Shown here: in pieces, positions 1-13,146 of the stretch
Layout: each line of letters starts with the position of its first letter
How positions within the stretch are numbered: the first letter of the stretch is position 1
From: Octopus vulgaris
Lineage: Eukaryota
DNA length: 64,000 nucleotides
Direction of reading: 5' to 3'
Assembly: GCA_951406725.2 (NCBI GenBank)
Contig: OX597828.1
Span: 25,296,001-25,360,000 of the forward strand
The notes under the pieces: model-generated
What the model saw: only the letters and a program-made list of their open reading frames with translations
Databases searched by the model: none
Told to the model about the DNA's origin: nothing
Translations under genes and position numbers: made by a program

Positions 1-3000
1 ATCATATTTATTATATTGAAAATAAGTAATGAATGTTTTAATTTATCAGTGAATTGAAACATTATATGCTTGGGATTTGCTGTTGTTTCTAGCTACAGCC
101 ATCCAGTGTGTCTTGTTTTCAGGCAGTGGGATAGGATTTAAAGGCTGTTTAACTATTATTTCTAGCAGGTCAGGTGACCTTGTATCAGCCCTCTTTTTGG
201 TATCATTTGGTGTAACTTAGGATTTATAGTTTTTCTTCAAATTTTCTTCTTCAGTTTAATATGGAGAATCTTTAAATTTTTGCCTCACAACTTATTTCTT
301 TTTTTAGTGAATAAATGCAGCTTTATTTCTGTCTGTGCGACAATTTAAAATATTACTTAAAGGAACTAGGTGTTTGATATTGGAGGTTTTTCTTTCATTC
401 AAATTCTTAGATGTTTTTTTCAAAATCCTTCTTTTCAATTCTGTGAGGGAAAAAAAGATCTTGTTTTAAAATATGCTTTATTTTAGGTAAAGTCAAAAAG
501 AATATTTTAAAGGAATTTTTAAAACAATTCGTATACTTGGCTTTTGTTAAAGTCTTCGAAGAAGATACTTTCCTTTCAGTTCTTTGTAATAAATTGTGAG
601 AAATTAGGTTTTTCTTTCCTATTTCTTCTGCTTTGGCTTCCAGGCGACCGATGCATATGAAGCAATGTCGTCAGATTACAGCTTGTTTAGTACTGACTAA
701 ATGAGTTAACTAACTCCTGTCTCATTTTATCGTGTCTGCAGTCTACACAGCTAATCAGATGTCTTCCATATGCATGCTTTATTGCTTTTGTTGTGAATAT
801 TTGTGTAGTTTTCCTATACAAGGTCATTATATATAGTAGCTAATGTTACACATACACATAGAAAGCAATCTTACGAGCCAATATTACTGCAACATTTGTA
901 TATGTAGTTGCTTTGAGGGTAAATCTCATATCTTCATGTGATCGCATGTCTTAATTGCTTCAGGTTGTTCCTTGTTATTTTGTTGCTATTCTGCTCTAGG
1001 ATAGTATTATGCTACCAGTACCATACTAGTTACCATTTCCCACATGACATAGTTCACTTAGTTTTCTGTTTCCTACTGTTTCTTATTTTGAATGCAGCAA
1101 ATACTAAATAGTGAACATGTCTTTGCTAGTCATGTGTCATACAGACACAAGCAAGTCAAATAACTTCAGAGGTAAATGAGTCTATGAATTCACTAAAATA
1201 CTTATGAACCAAATAAGTACTTTACAATCCATAATGTAAATAATTTAGCGATCAGATATAATTGTCCAAGGCATAAAGGATATATTTCAGTGCACTTTGA
1301 ACATGCATAATTTTCATGGTAACAGCTTTTCTCAATAAGCCAAAAGTCATACCAGAAGCTTGACTTTCTCTTCAGGTTCATTATCTGATATAGTGCAGAT
1401 GCAAACACAAATATTCTGGACTACATCCAAAGAAAAGGACAGATGTCTAATAAATTTTTACATCTTAGTACACTACACTGCTATCTCATTACTCATCGCC
1501 ATGTGATGCCTAAAAAGTTACCAGAAATTCTAATTCCTAATATTTGTAACTAGTATGAAGGTTAGCAGTTTGTTATTTAATTGTAGTCGGAGTGTCTTGT
1601 ATTTTTCAGATGTTGATGAGATGTAAATTCACTTCTGATTGAGCAGATCAATCTATAATCAAAGGCAGTCTAGCTATGATCATTCATATTTTCTAAGATA
1701 GTAAGCTGTAATATGAGTTAGCTGTGGCTGTTGTTTCTAACAGATAAACAACCTCTTAGAAGTTCTCTCATTTTCCTTGTTATTTTGCTTGTGAAATTGA
1801 AATTAGGTTGTTGTGTTAGTTTTGTTTTCCTTATGATCCTTATACATTGACAATATGCATGTCCAATGGTATTTATTGAGGTTGTGTGTGGACAAAGTGT
1901 ATGGTTTATATGCCGATGGTTAGGGAAGTTTGAGAAAGCTGATTAATGAAAAAACTTCCTATTCAAGGACATGGTTTTAACATTATAACAGAGACCATAC
2001 AGATATATAGATAGGTTGAATCTAAAGTGTGAGATGTCTGGACTGAAAAGAAGAAAGACAGAATATAGTTTGTATGTTATTGTTATTTAGCCCCAGGTGA
2101 ATCCTCTTATCTTTGATGTTCAGCCTTGACCATTCTGTCTGTATGCCCAGGACTACTTTATCAGACATATCCTTCCTTTTATAAGATGGTAGGGTTTAAT
2201 TTGATGGAAAATTGGCTGCTACTTCTAACAGGTGGAGCAACTGCATGGAAGCTTCCATTGTTGTTTTGTGGTTTGTGCATTGGTGATGATGATGATGATG
2301 GTGAATGGAAGCAGAGTCCATTATGTTTGTATAGAGAAGGCAAAAAGTATCTGGCAGATTTATACTTCATCATGTTCTTAAACTAGAGAATTGAGTTAAA
2401 CAATAGAAGTATCATAAAAACTATTATACTATGGTGCTGAAAACTATACTGTTAGCTAACTGATTCTTTCTTCTCTTAAGGCATATCAGACAAATGACAT
2501 AAAATCCAAAGTAAATTGAATACAAACATTGACATATGTCTTTTTTTTTTCTGTAAAGCATGTTTATTGCTTGTTGAAGATTATTCATATATTAGGTAAT
2601 TGATGTCGTTATGTTTCTAAGAATGTGTATCCATTCTGGTCTTTTATGTTTCATCAATTCACTGTCTTTGGTCTATTATTCTATCTACATGCTTCAGGCT
2701 TTTATTTCTCCCAATGAATAGCATAAATATGATATTACAATACTTTCTACTCTTTAATATTATTTTGAAAATATACAGCTTCTAGTTGATTCTAATTTAT
2801 GGCTAATTAAACTGGTTCTTGAAACATTTCTGCATCTAATTGCTTCATTTAAATTCATGTCAATAAAGTTTACCACAAAATGTTTAGATTTCTTCTTAAA
2901 TATTTCATTATTTCTTTTAAGAAACATTAAGAGATTTTAATGTGCAATATTCATTCAATAAAATTGTTAATCAAATCAGTGATATTATTATAGAAGTTTC

Positions 3001-3027
3001 AAATAATGCTAATAAAAAGGCAATCAT

Positions 3028-3028
3028 A

Positions 3029-3075
<47 letters not shown>

Positions 3076-3081
3076 TGTGTG
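3028..3081. repeat. (GA)n(GT)n microsatellite, representative of many SSRs: (TA)n 6577, 6798, 9732, 22386, 29738, 31126, 35279; (TG)n 13094; (ATT)n 19059; (CT)n 34891, 43712
   Basis: Directly visible. Confidence 0.95.
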
Positions 3082-6000
3082 AAAGGGTGAATAATCCTGT
3101 GTGTTTCCTCCATTGTCTGGAAATAAATATAATGCTAGAGATGCATGTAAAATGACATCCAGGTGAGTTTATGGGAACGAGAACTTTCTTTAAAGTGAGG
3201 CAGGAGATTATAGTTGTTACTTCTACTGTGGGTTGGATAATGTCAATTGAGCAATCAGATGGCTATAGATTGAATGGAAATATAAACCTGACCTGATATT
3301 TAAACAGTGGTTGATTGAAGAAGACTTAGAACTAGTTAATTAAGATCAACATAAGATAGCTTTAGAGTTGGACTGAATGTTTTGTGAGAAATAGCTTATT
3401 GTTTCTTGTTTCTGACTTCCTCATCCCGCTAGCATTGACTTAACATCATTATTACTACCATTGTCATCATCATCATCATTTTATGTCTTCTTTGTTTTTC
3501 AATTGTCTGCAACACGAATCCAGTCTTGAGATTACTTGTTCTCTTTCGGCTAATCATTAGATGTTTTGTCAGTTTACAATTTGTCTAGTGCTCTACCACT
3601 AAATCATTCTCTTACCATTCTCACCTGTTATACTGTCAGGTGATTGTATTGGAAAGAGACCAGTACAACACAGTGCCAGTGTCTCTCTTCAAAAGTGATT
3701 TTGCTAAACCTCTTTTGTCAAATAACTTAAATGCTGATCTCATGGAAATGTATTATCGCCTTCAGAATAGAGAAGGTCTTTAGATTATAGACCTTCTTAA
3801 TTGGCTGAATCATTTTCAGGCTATACATTTTTAAATGAATTATGGACATGAAATTACATCTGTATTAGGGAATGAGAGTAAAGAAAACAGAGTAAGACAA
3901 TGGTAAGGAAAGACAGTATAATGTTTGTGTGAATAAACTTCATACAGTTGTATCTGTACCTCTGGCATTGTACTGTGTCTTAAGCTTTGTTTCTGAACTC
4001 ATCTTACTCCTCCCACCTGGGGACACAGTATATGAAAGCAAAAGAGTGTGTTTTGATAGTGGACTGAAGATGAAAAGTGATACGTTTTTATGACAGACAG
4101 GCATTCCAGTTATGACCATTCCATCCTTTTTTTTTTCATCTAGAACTAATTGATTTAGGGTACTTTGTTTTCACGCATGTAGCTAAAAGGTTGACAGATC
4201 ATTATACCAAAGAACTGCCATTTATACATACACCTCCAAAACAATGTTGTCCCAGCATCCGCATGCACTCTCTCTCTCTCCCCCTCCCTCCTCTCTCCCT
4301 CTCTCATATGCATATAAACAATATACTAATAAAGCCATACAGATTAATATGGCCATTTTTTCTCTTTCTGCAAAGTTATCCAAAGAATGAATACTGTCTG
4401 TTTTATTGAACATTAGATTTGTAATGTTTATTTTCTTTTGTATTAATCTAAGATTATGCTGTGCAACTTGCTATTACAACAGCTTTTTAGACAGACTGTT
4501 GATATGTCGTCGTCTACTACTACTACTGCTACTTTGCTTTTGTATTCTCTGTATATCTTCTCTATGAGGAAGATGTATATTTCAACAATAGCCTTCTATG
4601 GCATTTAGCTAACGGTATAAAGCACCGTATGAGTCTTTCTCTTTCTTCATTTGAACATACATAAAACAAGTTGTCAGAAAGAAATTATGTGATAGCTTCT
4701 CTATTTATGTACATTGATGATGATCTTGTATATCTTACTTCGTATTACTTTCAGAAAGCAACCTTTTTTAGTTTAATATGAAAGCTAATCTTAATAAAAG
4801 ATATATATTGAAAAGAAAAAAAAAACTTAGTCTTTACACACATGTGTATTGTTAATTTTAAAAAAAAAATATTTCAGCTGAAGAGAAGGTAGTGTCTATA
4901 ATTCATTACAGGGCTTCCAAAACTTGGAGGGAAAAAGGTATCTTCATATTAGAAGATTGACCTGAATGCTTGCAACAAGTTATAGTCTAGGCATCCCACC
5001 CAAGATGCCTGATGGTAGTGTTAAAGTGGGCAGTGAATTAAGTCTGTCACCCAAGCAAGCCATAGTGGGATTTGAACTTAGGACACACACAGCCAGAACA
5101 AACACCACAGGGCATTCAGTTTGATGTTTTTACAGCTTCACTAGTCCACTAGCTTGGATTAGAAATGAAAGATTGAAACAACAGTTGACCCTGAAAGGAT
5201 AAAAGTCAGCCTCAGCAGGATTTGAATCCAGAGCACAGTGTTGAAACTAATGCTGTGAAGCATCTGGTCTGATGCTCTGATGATTCTGCTAAAAGAAAAC
5301 ACAACTCTAATAAGGGATAATGAGATTTTAGAATGAATATCATTCTCACATATTGGATTTTCTTTAGTATGATGTATGGCAAAAGAAAATTTTTTAGCTA
5401 GTTTTATAATTGTCATATAAAATACATTGCCAAAAGCTCATGCATCAGAAACAAAGCAAAAGTAATTCCAAATTAACCTTTGAACTTTATTTGTGTAGGC
5501 AGATGCATCTTCTGTAAAGTCAACTCTGGAAATCACAAGTTCATTTTGTTTTCTGTTTTCTAGAAAATTAATTTGATTTTGATAATGATGGTGTAAATTC
5601 ATTCTTAATTTTTCTGATCAGTTTGTACTGTGCCACACAGAAGGTTGTGTTGTCACAGGAGAATAAAGCATTTATTGTTTAAGTGTGGATTGTTTTTTTA
5701 CACCTCCTCCTAATCTTTTTATTATTATTTCTTCAGATTTTTGTTTTGAACATTAGATGTTTAGGATGTAGCAATAAAATGCAATTTTAGTCAGAAGTTT
5801 CATTAAATGAAAGAAAACTAGCATTTTAAATTTTCACGAAGTGAACAAACATTTTTAATCAGCATTTTGTGAGAACACCATATGTAGATAATATTTATTT
5901 ATAATTCAAATTTCCATCTAAATTTTCAAAAAAAAGCAGAAAACAAACAAACAAATCATTGCTATTAATGTCAGTTTTGTTTTCTGATTACTTTACACCA

Positions 6001-6570
6001 TCAATTAGGAAAATTTTGCTGTAATTTAGTCAGACATTGATCAATACAATCTTGATGATTTTCAATGTTCTTAATGATTGATAGAATTTAGATAGCCATG
6101 CATGTCGATTGTTGTAACCATTGTGTACACCAGCACACCTACTTCTTCTCTTCACTGTTGCCCACCTCTCCTCTCTTCACTTGTACCCACCTTCTCCCTT
6201 CATTGATACCCTCCATCCCCACACATCCCCACACATTTCCACCCACACCCCCACTCCACCCCACATCATCCCCTCCCACTTTTGCATTCTCACATGCACG
6301 TGCACCTTCGTTTTCGGATCACCAATACTTTATCATTTCCCCTTCTTTCTGCCTCTCCTGTCAAACCTTTTTTTCTCAGACAGTCGCCATGCTTGATTGC
6401 TAAATCCACAAGTTTTTTTAATTCTCTCTCTTTATTTTTTCTTATTCCTTTCTGTTAAAGAGTGTAGGGTCGAAATGTAAAAGACTTTCTCACTTTTCCA
6501 AGCATCAAACTAATACACCTGCTTGTTGTTCATACACCTGTCTTTGTCTTTTGTTTTTCTGTAAATTTCA

Positions 6571-6601
<31 letters not shown>

Positions 6602-8516
6602 CCTGCATAGCAAGTGATTTGATCTGAGATCGTGTGCTGAACGAAAACAATTGCAGCGTGGAAGGTGTTTGTAAGCCATTTAAGAAACACACAAAAGCCG
6701 TTCGATTCACTTCAACATTTAAGTTTAATTTGTCAAAATATTTTCGTTGCTTTAAGACCGCGACCTGTTCACTCACAAAAATCCATGCTGTTGTTATTTA
6801 TATATATATATATATATATATATGAATAAACACTATTATAGAAAACTGATATTTTATTGATTTAAACTCTTCATTACACTCTATTTAGTTAGGACAATAA
6901 ATATAACATGCAGTTCTGAATATGGCTGCTCACTTATGACTGAGGTAAAATGAGTAACATTTATTTCTCTTGTGTTATGTACACCTAATTTTTAAGTTGA
7001 AAATTTTGGAGGAAAAAAACGAAAAAGTAAATATCATACAGGAATAAATACAGTATCTTATTAGTCTACCATGTACATGTATTGCTTTATTAACTTTAGT
7101 AAATAAATTTACAGTCATAATTCATCATAATATAAATATTTTAGGATTGGTGGAAGGTTTTTCTACAAACTTTTATGTAATTTATTTTGAATATTTAGAT
7201 TTTCAGTTTTTTAAAAATGTTCTAAGTATAATGAAAAGAAAGAATTCAGTATGTGGATAATTGGCAATTCATATATATATATAATCAAAATATTTTCCCA
7301 AGACATGGTAACATTTAATAAACTTTTGTAAGCTTTTTCAAGCAACATGAATGTGTGTGTGTGCGTGCATATGCACATGCATATGTGTACACTTGTGTAT
7401 GTATGTTTTATCTTAGGGGTTTTTTTTTGTTAAAATTCATGATGCCAAAAATTTTAATTTAACACTTAACACTGTTCTACTTCGTAAAATTTAGATTTTG
7501 TTTCAACTTCATGATGTAAAATATCCTATACTATATTGATTTACTTGTTTTTTTTTCTCCATGACATAATACTAATCTCAAGATGGAAATTATCATTGCA
7601 TCATATCATTCCATGCTAGTTTCAATACTTGCGAGGGATTTAATCTCTCAAAAGTTTCTTTGTTATTCTCACAAAATGTGGCCCAAAAACCAAGGACAAG
7701 CATTCTTGACAATGCCAGCCTAATTTGCCAACCTTCTTTTCCTTGCAGCTTGGCTTCTTGAAGCTGACCTATATTTACTTCTTTGTCAGTACATAACTGC
7801 TGACATATAACTTCTCTATTACTCTCTGTAGAATTGAGTTCACAGTCAAGGCTAGTGTTAATTATGACAGTGACTTTCATAGGGTTTAATGAGTAAAGTC
7901 ATTAAAACTATTTGTTCTTCTATAATACCAATTACATCCTTTTATGTGGATGTAATATAATTTAAATTTTGAAGACTGAAATTAATATCACAAAATATTA
8001 AATTTCTAAACTATACTGGTTTTTGCAGATGTAGATAGGACAAGTCTTTTTGAGAGTTGAAGAACATTGACTTACCTTTCTTCCTTATTATTCATTCTTA
8101 CTGTTCATTTATTTTTTAATGAAACAAATAGAGAGAAATTCTTTAAAAATCATCATTGTTAAAATAATTAAATATATTTGATTTAGAGAGAAAACTTAAA
8201 ATTATATATTTGGTAAGTCTATCTTGTATCTATACTTGTCTCTGCAATTTGCTTCTTAAAAATCATATTAAATTCTTTTACAAATTTTAACTTATGAAAT
8301 TTGATGTTTTTTCATGTCTTTGGATTTTAAGAAATTTTTGATAAACATAACAATATTGCTGGAAAAAGCATGTGATGAGTAAATTTTTGTGTAAACTGTG
8401 TCTTGATAATATTTTGCAGAAGGTATTCATATAGATTATATCTATTCTGATTTTTAATTTACTGAATTGAATGCTTCTACAAATATTTTCCTTTTGTTAT
8501 TACAGTTCACTCTGAC

Positions 8517-8551
8517 ATGGAGGATGGCCGTTGTTTACTGGATGTGATTGG
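8517..8551 (+). CDS. BICRA: BICRA coding exon 1 ([11 protein letters not shown]+G); exon begins at 8506, so a 5' UTR exon lies further upstream
   Basis: Acceptor ttttgttattacag ends 8505, ATG 8517, donor GG|gtgagt at 8552; peptide matches the conserved BICRA N-terminus. Confidence 0.9.
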
Positions 8552-9729
8552 GTGAGTATAAATCTTCTCTTGTGAGCGCATTTTTTTCTTTCATCATCAT
8601 CATTTAGTGTCTGTTGTCTATGCTGGCATGGGTCTTGACAGTTTGACCAGGGCTAGCAAGCTGGAAGGCTGCACCAGATTCCAGTCTGATATGGCATGGT
8701 TTCTACATGTGATTTTACTTGGCTTGATGGGTCTTCTTCTCAAGCTTGACACAATGCCAAATGTTTTGGTCATTGCCTCTGTGAGGCCCAACACTCAAAA
8801 GACGCTCAGCCACTTTGTCTCCATGAGGCCCAATGCTCGAAAGGTACTTTTTACATGACTCCAGCATTAGCCATGACTACAGTTTCACTTGGCTTGATGG
8901 GTCTTCTCAAGCACAGCATATTGCCAAAGGTCACAGTCACTAGCCATTGCCTCAGTGAGGCCCAAAGTCAAAGATCATGCCCCACCACCTCGCCCCATGT
9001 CTTTCTGTGTTTGCCTCTGTGTTAGAGATTGGCACTTCTTTACACAACTGTTCTTGTCCATCATCATCATTATTCAATGCCCACTTTTCTTTGTTTGCAT
9101 GGGTCATATGGAATTTGTAAAGGCAGGTGTTACTGGATACCTTTCCTGTTGCCACCCATCACCTGTTTCCAAGCAAGGTAACATTTTCCCATTGCTAGAC
9201 AATTTATTTTCCACAGAAGACTTGAAACAAACTGCCTCACTTGTATGCTCATTTATAACCATCATAGGATGTCTAGACAAGGGTACATGCACATGTACAA
9301 ATTTACATATCTATATGAGATCGTTGCCAGAGCAACAAGCTGGCCTCCGTGCCGATGACACGTAAAAAACACCATTTGAGCAGTGATCATTACCTGCGTC
9401 ACCTTACTGGTACTTGTGCTGGTGGCATGTGAAAAAAACATTTGAGCGACGTCGTTGTCAGTGCTGCTGGACTGGCTCCTGTGCAGGTGGCACTTAAAAA
9501 GCACCATTTGAGCGTGGCTGTTGCCAGTACTGCCTGACTGACCCACGTGCCGGTGGCACGTAAAACACTCACTACACTCTCGGAGTGGTTGGCGTTAGGA
9601 AGGGCATCCAACTGTAGAAACTCTGCCAGATCAGATTGGAGTCTGGTGCAGCCATCTGGTTTGTCAGACCTAAGTCAAATCGTCCAACCCATGCTAACAT
9701 GGAAAGCGGACATTAAACGATGATGATGA

Positions 9730-9798
<69 letters not shown>

Positions 9799-12700
9799 TG
9801 TATGTATTTGTCAAGCACAAGCTTCTTTCAGTTTCTATATACCTAATTCATTCACAAGGCATTGTTTGACCTGTGACTAAGCTAGAAGACACTTGCTTAT
9901 GGTGCCACTTGCCCATTGTGCCACTCATGGTTGGTTCCCAAGCCTCTTAGCCACTCATTCATGCCTGCTCCTTTCTTCTTAAACTTCTGTGACTTTTTCA
10001 ATAGTCATTTTTCAGAAACAAAATGCATTGTGATACTTAGTCTTTTTATACTCTGAGTTCAAATCTTGTTTGACTATGCCTTGAGTTAAAGAAACCTCTA
10101 TTTAAACAGCATGGTAACACTAAGTTCTCAGTGAACATGGTCATTATTTTGATTGTTTGAACTTATCGAAACTTTTATGGTTAATTAAATTTCTACTTTT
10201 CTTGGGAAATGATGAACATACTTCATAATCCATTCCATAAAATCTCAGGCGTTATACTTTGTGAGAAACCATAATTATACTTAGTATATTTTTTGTTTCT
10301 AAGTTTTTCTTGAAACGTGATATATATTTTTAATCACATAGGTTTTCTAAATTGATTGGTTAACTTGAAACATGCAGAGACAAATGTGTTGTGATCTCTG
10401 CAAATTTTTTGTCTAAATTGTAAAATATTTCTGATTCTTTGGACATTTCAGGAAATGGCTCATTTAACCATATATGTCTAACTATGTTTAATTATATACG
10501 GTTTATTTAACTATTCAATTTGAGAGTATCCTTAGTAGTAGAAGTGTTAATCACAGACAAAATGTCTTGTGGGGACCAATTGAATCAACTACATCCTTCA
10601 TCTCCCTAAAACTATTATCTATTTAAGTAGTCATTGCTGCTGCCATTACTACTACCACTAAAAAGCAGTGGAGTGACACAAAAGTAAAGCACCAGATTAA
10701 ATATTCGAAAGTATTGTAAATCATCTGCTACATACTTTGTTCAATTCTTGCTGAGATACTTTGCTGCTCATCTCTTCAGTATTGTTTATATAATAAAATT
10801 GATTCAACTATCTTCTTTCCTGAAGAATTCTTGGCCTTCTGTTTATGTAGCAAAAGTATTCATCATCATCATCATCATCATCATCATTGTTTAGCGTCCG
10901 TTTTCCATGCTAGCATGGGTTGGACGGTTCTACTGGGGTCTGTGAAGCCAGAAGGCTTCATCAGGCCCAGTCAAATCTGGCAGTGTTTCTACGGCTGGAT
11001 GCCCTTCCGATTATTATTGACAGTCTGACATTAAAGACTGACTATTTGGATTTCCTTGTGCCATGTTTTCAGCAATATCGTTTATTAATTTCTTTCAGTC
11101 TCATTCAAAAACTGTACAGTTTCATGAAGTGAAAAATTTTGTTTCTACCAGTGAAAGATATCAGTCATCGAAACCAACCATTTCTATTTTGTCTAAAATA
11201 CTAGCTTAGAGCTAAAATCAAAATGTCCACATCAAGATAAATTATCAGCTTGGCAGCTATTAACTTATTGGAGTTTCAAAAACAACTATGTACATTATCA
11301 TTGTAATGGACTAAATATTGTATAATGTCTCCGATTTTTATGAGATTAAATACTGTTGTTGTGAGCTCTGCTAGATCAGAGCTATATATATATGATAGCA
11401 TTAGAAAACCCAGTGAAGTTAATTTCAATACATCACATATGGTTTAGTTTTCCAATTTTTTTCTTCTTTGCCTCTTCATGAAGTCACAACTATTTACTTA
11501 ATCATATTGACATACGTAGCTATGCTTAAAGAAAAAGAAAAATCTTTCGTTAGACTGTAGCTGGAGAGATCTTTGGAGTTTAACTATCTCGTCTGCAACA
11601 GTCTGTGTAGTTGCATAGCTTGTCTTTTTCTATCGTCATCATCATCATTGTTTAACATCCTCCTTCCATGCCGGCATGGGTTGGATGGTTTGACAGGAGC
11701 TGGCCAGGTAGGAACCTGTGCCATGCTTCTGTGTCCGTTTTGGTGTGGTTTTTACAACTGGATGTTCTTCCTAACACCAACACCATTAATGAGATTAAAA
11801 TATGTTCAAATATACCAAGTTCAAATGAAATCAATTGTCACCAACATTTTTGACAATAAACCATTGCTTTCAGTAGCAGAATTGGTAGAATTTGTAGAGC
11901 ATCAGGTTAAGTACCTTTCAATATTTACTCTCATCTCTCTTAATTTCCTGGTTCAAATCCCATCACATTCAACTAGTCTTGCTGGATAAATAATATAAGT
12001 GCCAGGTATACACTAATGTCAGTTTAATTGATTCTCAATCTCCTATAAACTTGGTGGCATTACCCTGAAACAAACATGGCCTGAAGAAATACCACTTGTT
12101 ATTTTTTTGGATACACTCACAATAATTCTGCTAATACACCACCCATTTCATAATAACAATGATTCCTAACACTGGTGGTACAAAGATACAAATTTTAGAT
12201 GAGTGGTGTAGTCATTTAATCCGTTTTGTGACCATGTTTTTGATGAAATATATTGCATTTTAGTTTTGAAAATCATCAAAACTTTCGAGTGGATTAGTAA
12301 AATAACTTTGTCATTATTGAGCAGGTGTTTGAAGCATAACTTAACAAAAGGTGCTTACATGAAATTATGACAGAAAGTTTTAATTTAAGATTTTGTGAAA
12401 CAAAACTTGAGGCACTTTCAAATGGACGACGTTCCTCTCTAGTACTTAATTGATTGTTGGACTTACTGAGATTTGAATACTATACACATAAGAGATATAG
12501 GTTAACATGGCAAGACACTGAGTCTGGTACTATGCTATTTCTGACACAATACTATTGATATCATCATCATCATCATCATCGCTGCTGATGTTAACATATT
12601 AGCAATCAATGTTGTTTTTTTGTTCTGTTTTTTTTTTTTTTTCAATCTTTCTCCCTCCTTTCTCCATTTTATTATAAAGAGCCTTTGTTTTCCTTTTCAA

Positions 12701-13115
12701 ATCAGAGACCCAAAGCTTTTGAATGAGTTTTTAAAAGATGGAACTGATGTGGTAAGTTTGATGGGCATTTTCTTGTATAGTCATATAATAGAGTTTATCT
12801 CTTCATCTTATTAATGTGATTTTATAAACTTTCTGTTGTATTTGAGTTTGTATTTTGTGACAGAATAACTTCCATTTTCTTTCATGATATTAATTTCTAT
12901 GAATTTAGAATTAGTTTATATTGAATATGTATTACATATATCTCTTATTACATTTATTCCACTAATATTGTTTGTTAATTTGCTCTTTCCCTTAACTTAA
13001 AAAATTAAATTTGTTTGGTTGCAAATTTAATTTAACTTGACTGAACATTAGAGCAAAGACTTATTGCTTGCTTATTATAAAAGTGGTTACTAAAGTGTGT
13101 GTGTGTGTGTGTATG

Positions 13116-13146
<31 letters not shown>

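Noticed and set aside
620-760. Possible 5' UTR exon after the acceptor-like ctttggcttccag
   Set aside because: No convincing donor or other support; cannot be distinguished from intron without transcript data
9340-9575. Regularly spaced palindromic repeats resembling a CRISPR array (also 34105-34255)
   Set aside because: Repeats are degenerate, linkers are mutually similar, they belong to a dispersed RTE-derived element, and there are no cas genes in this eukaryotic intron
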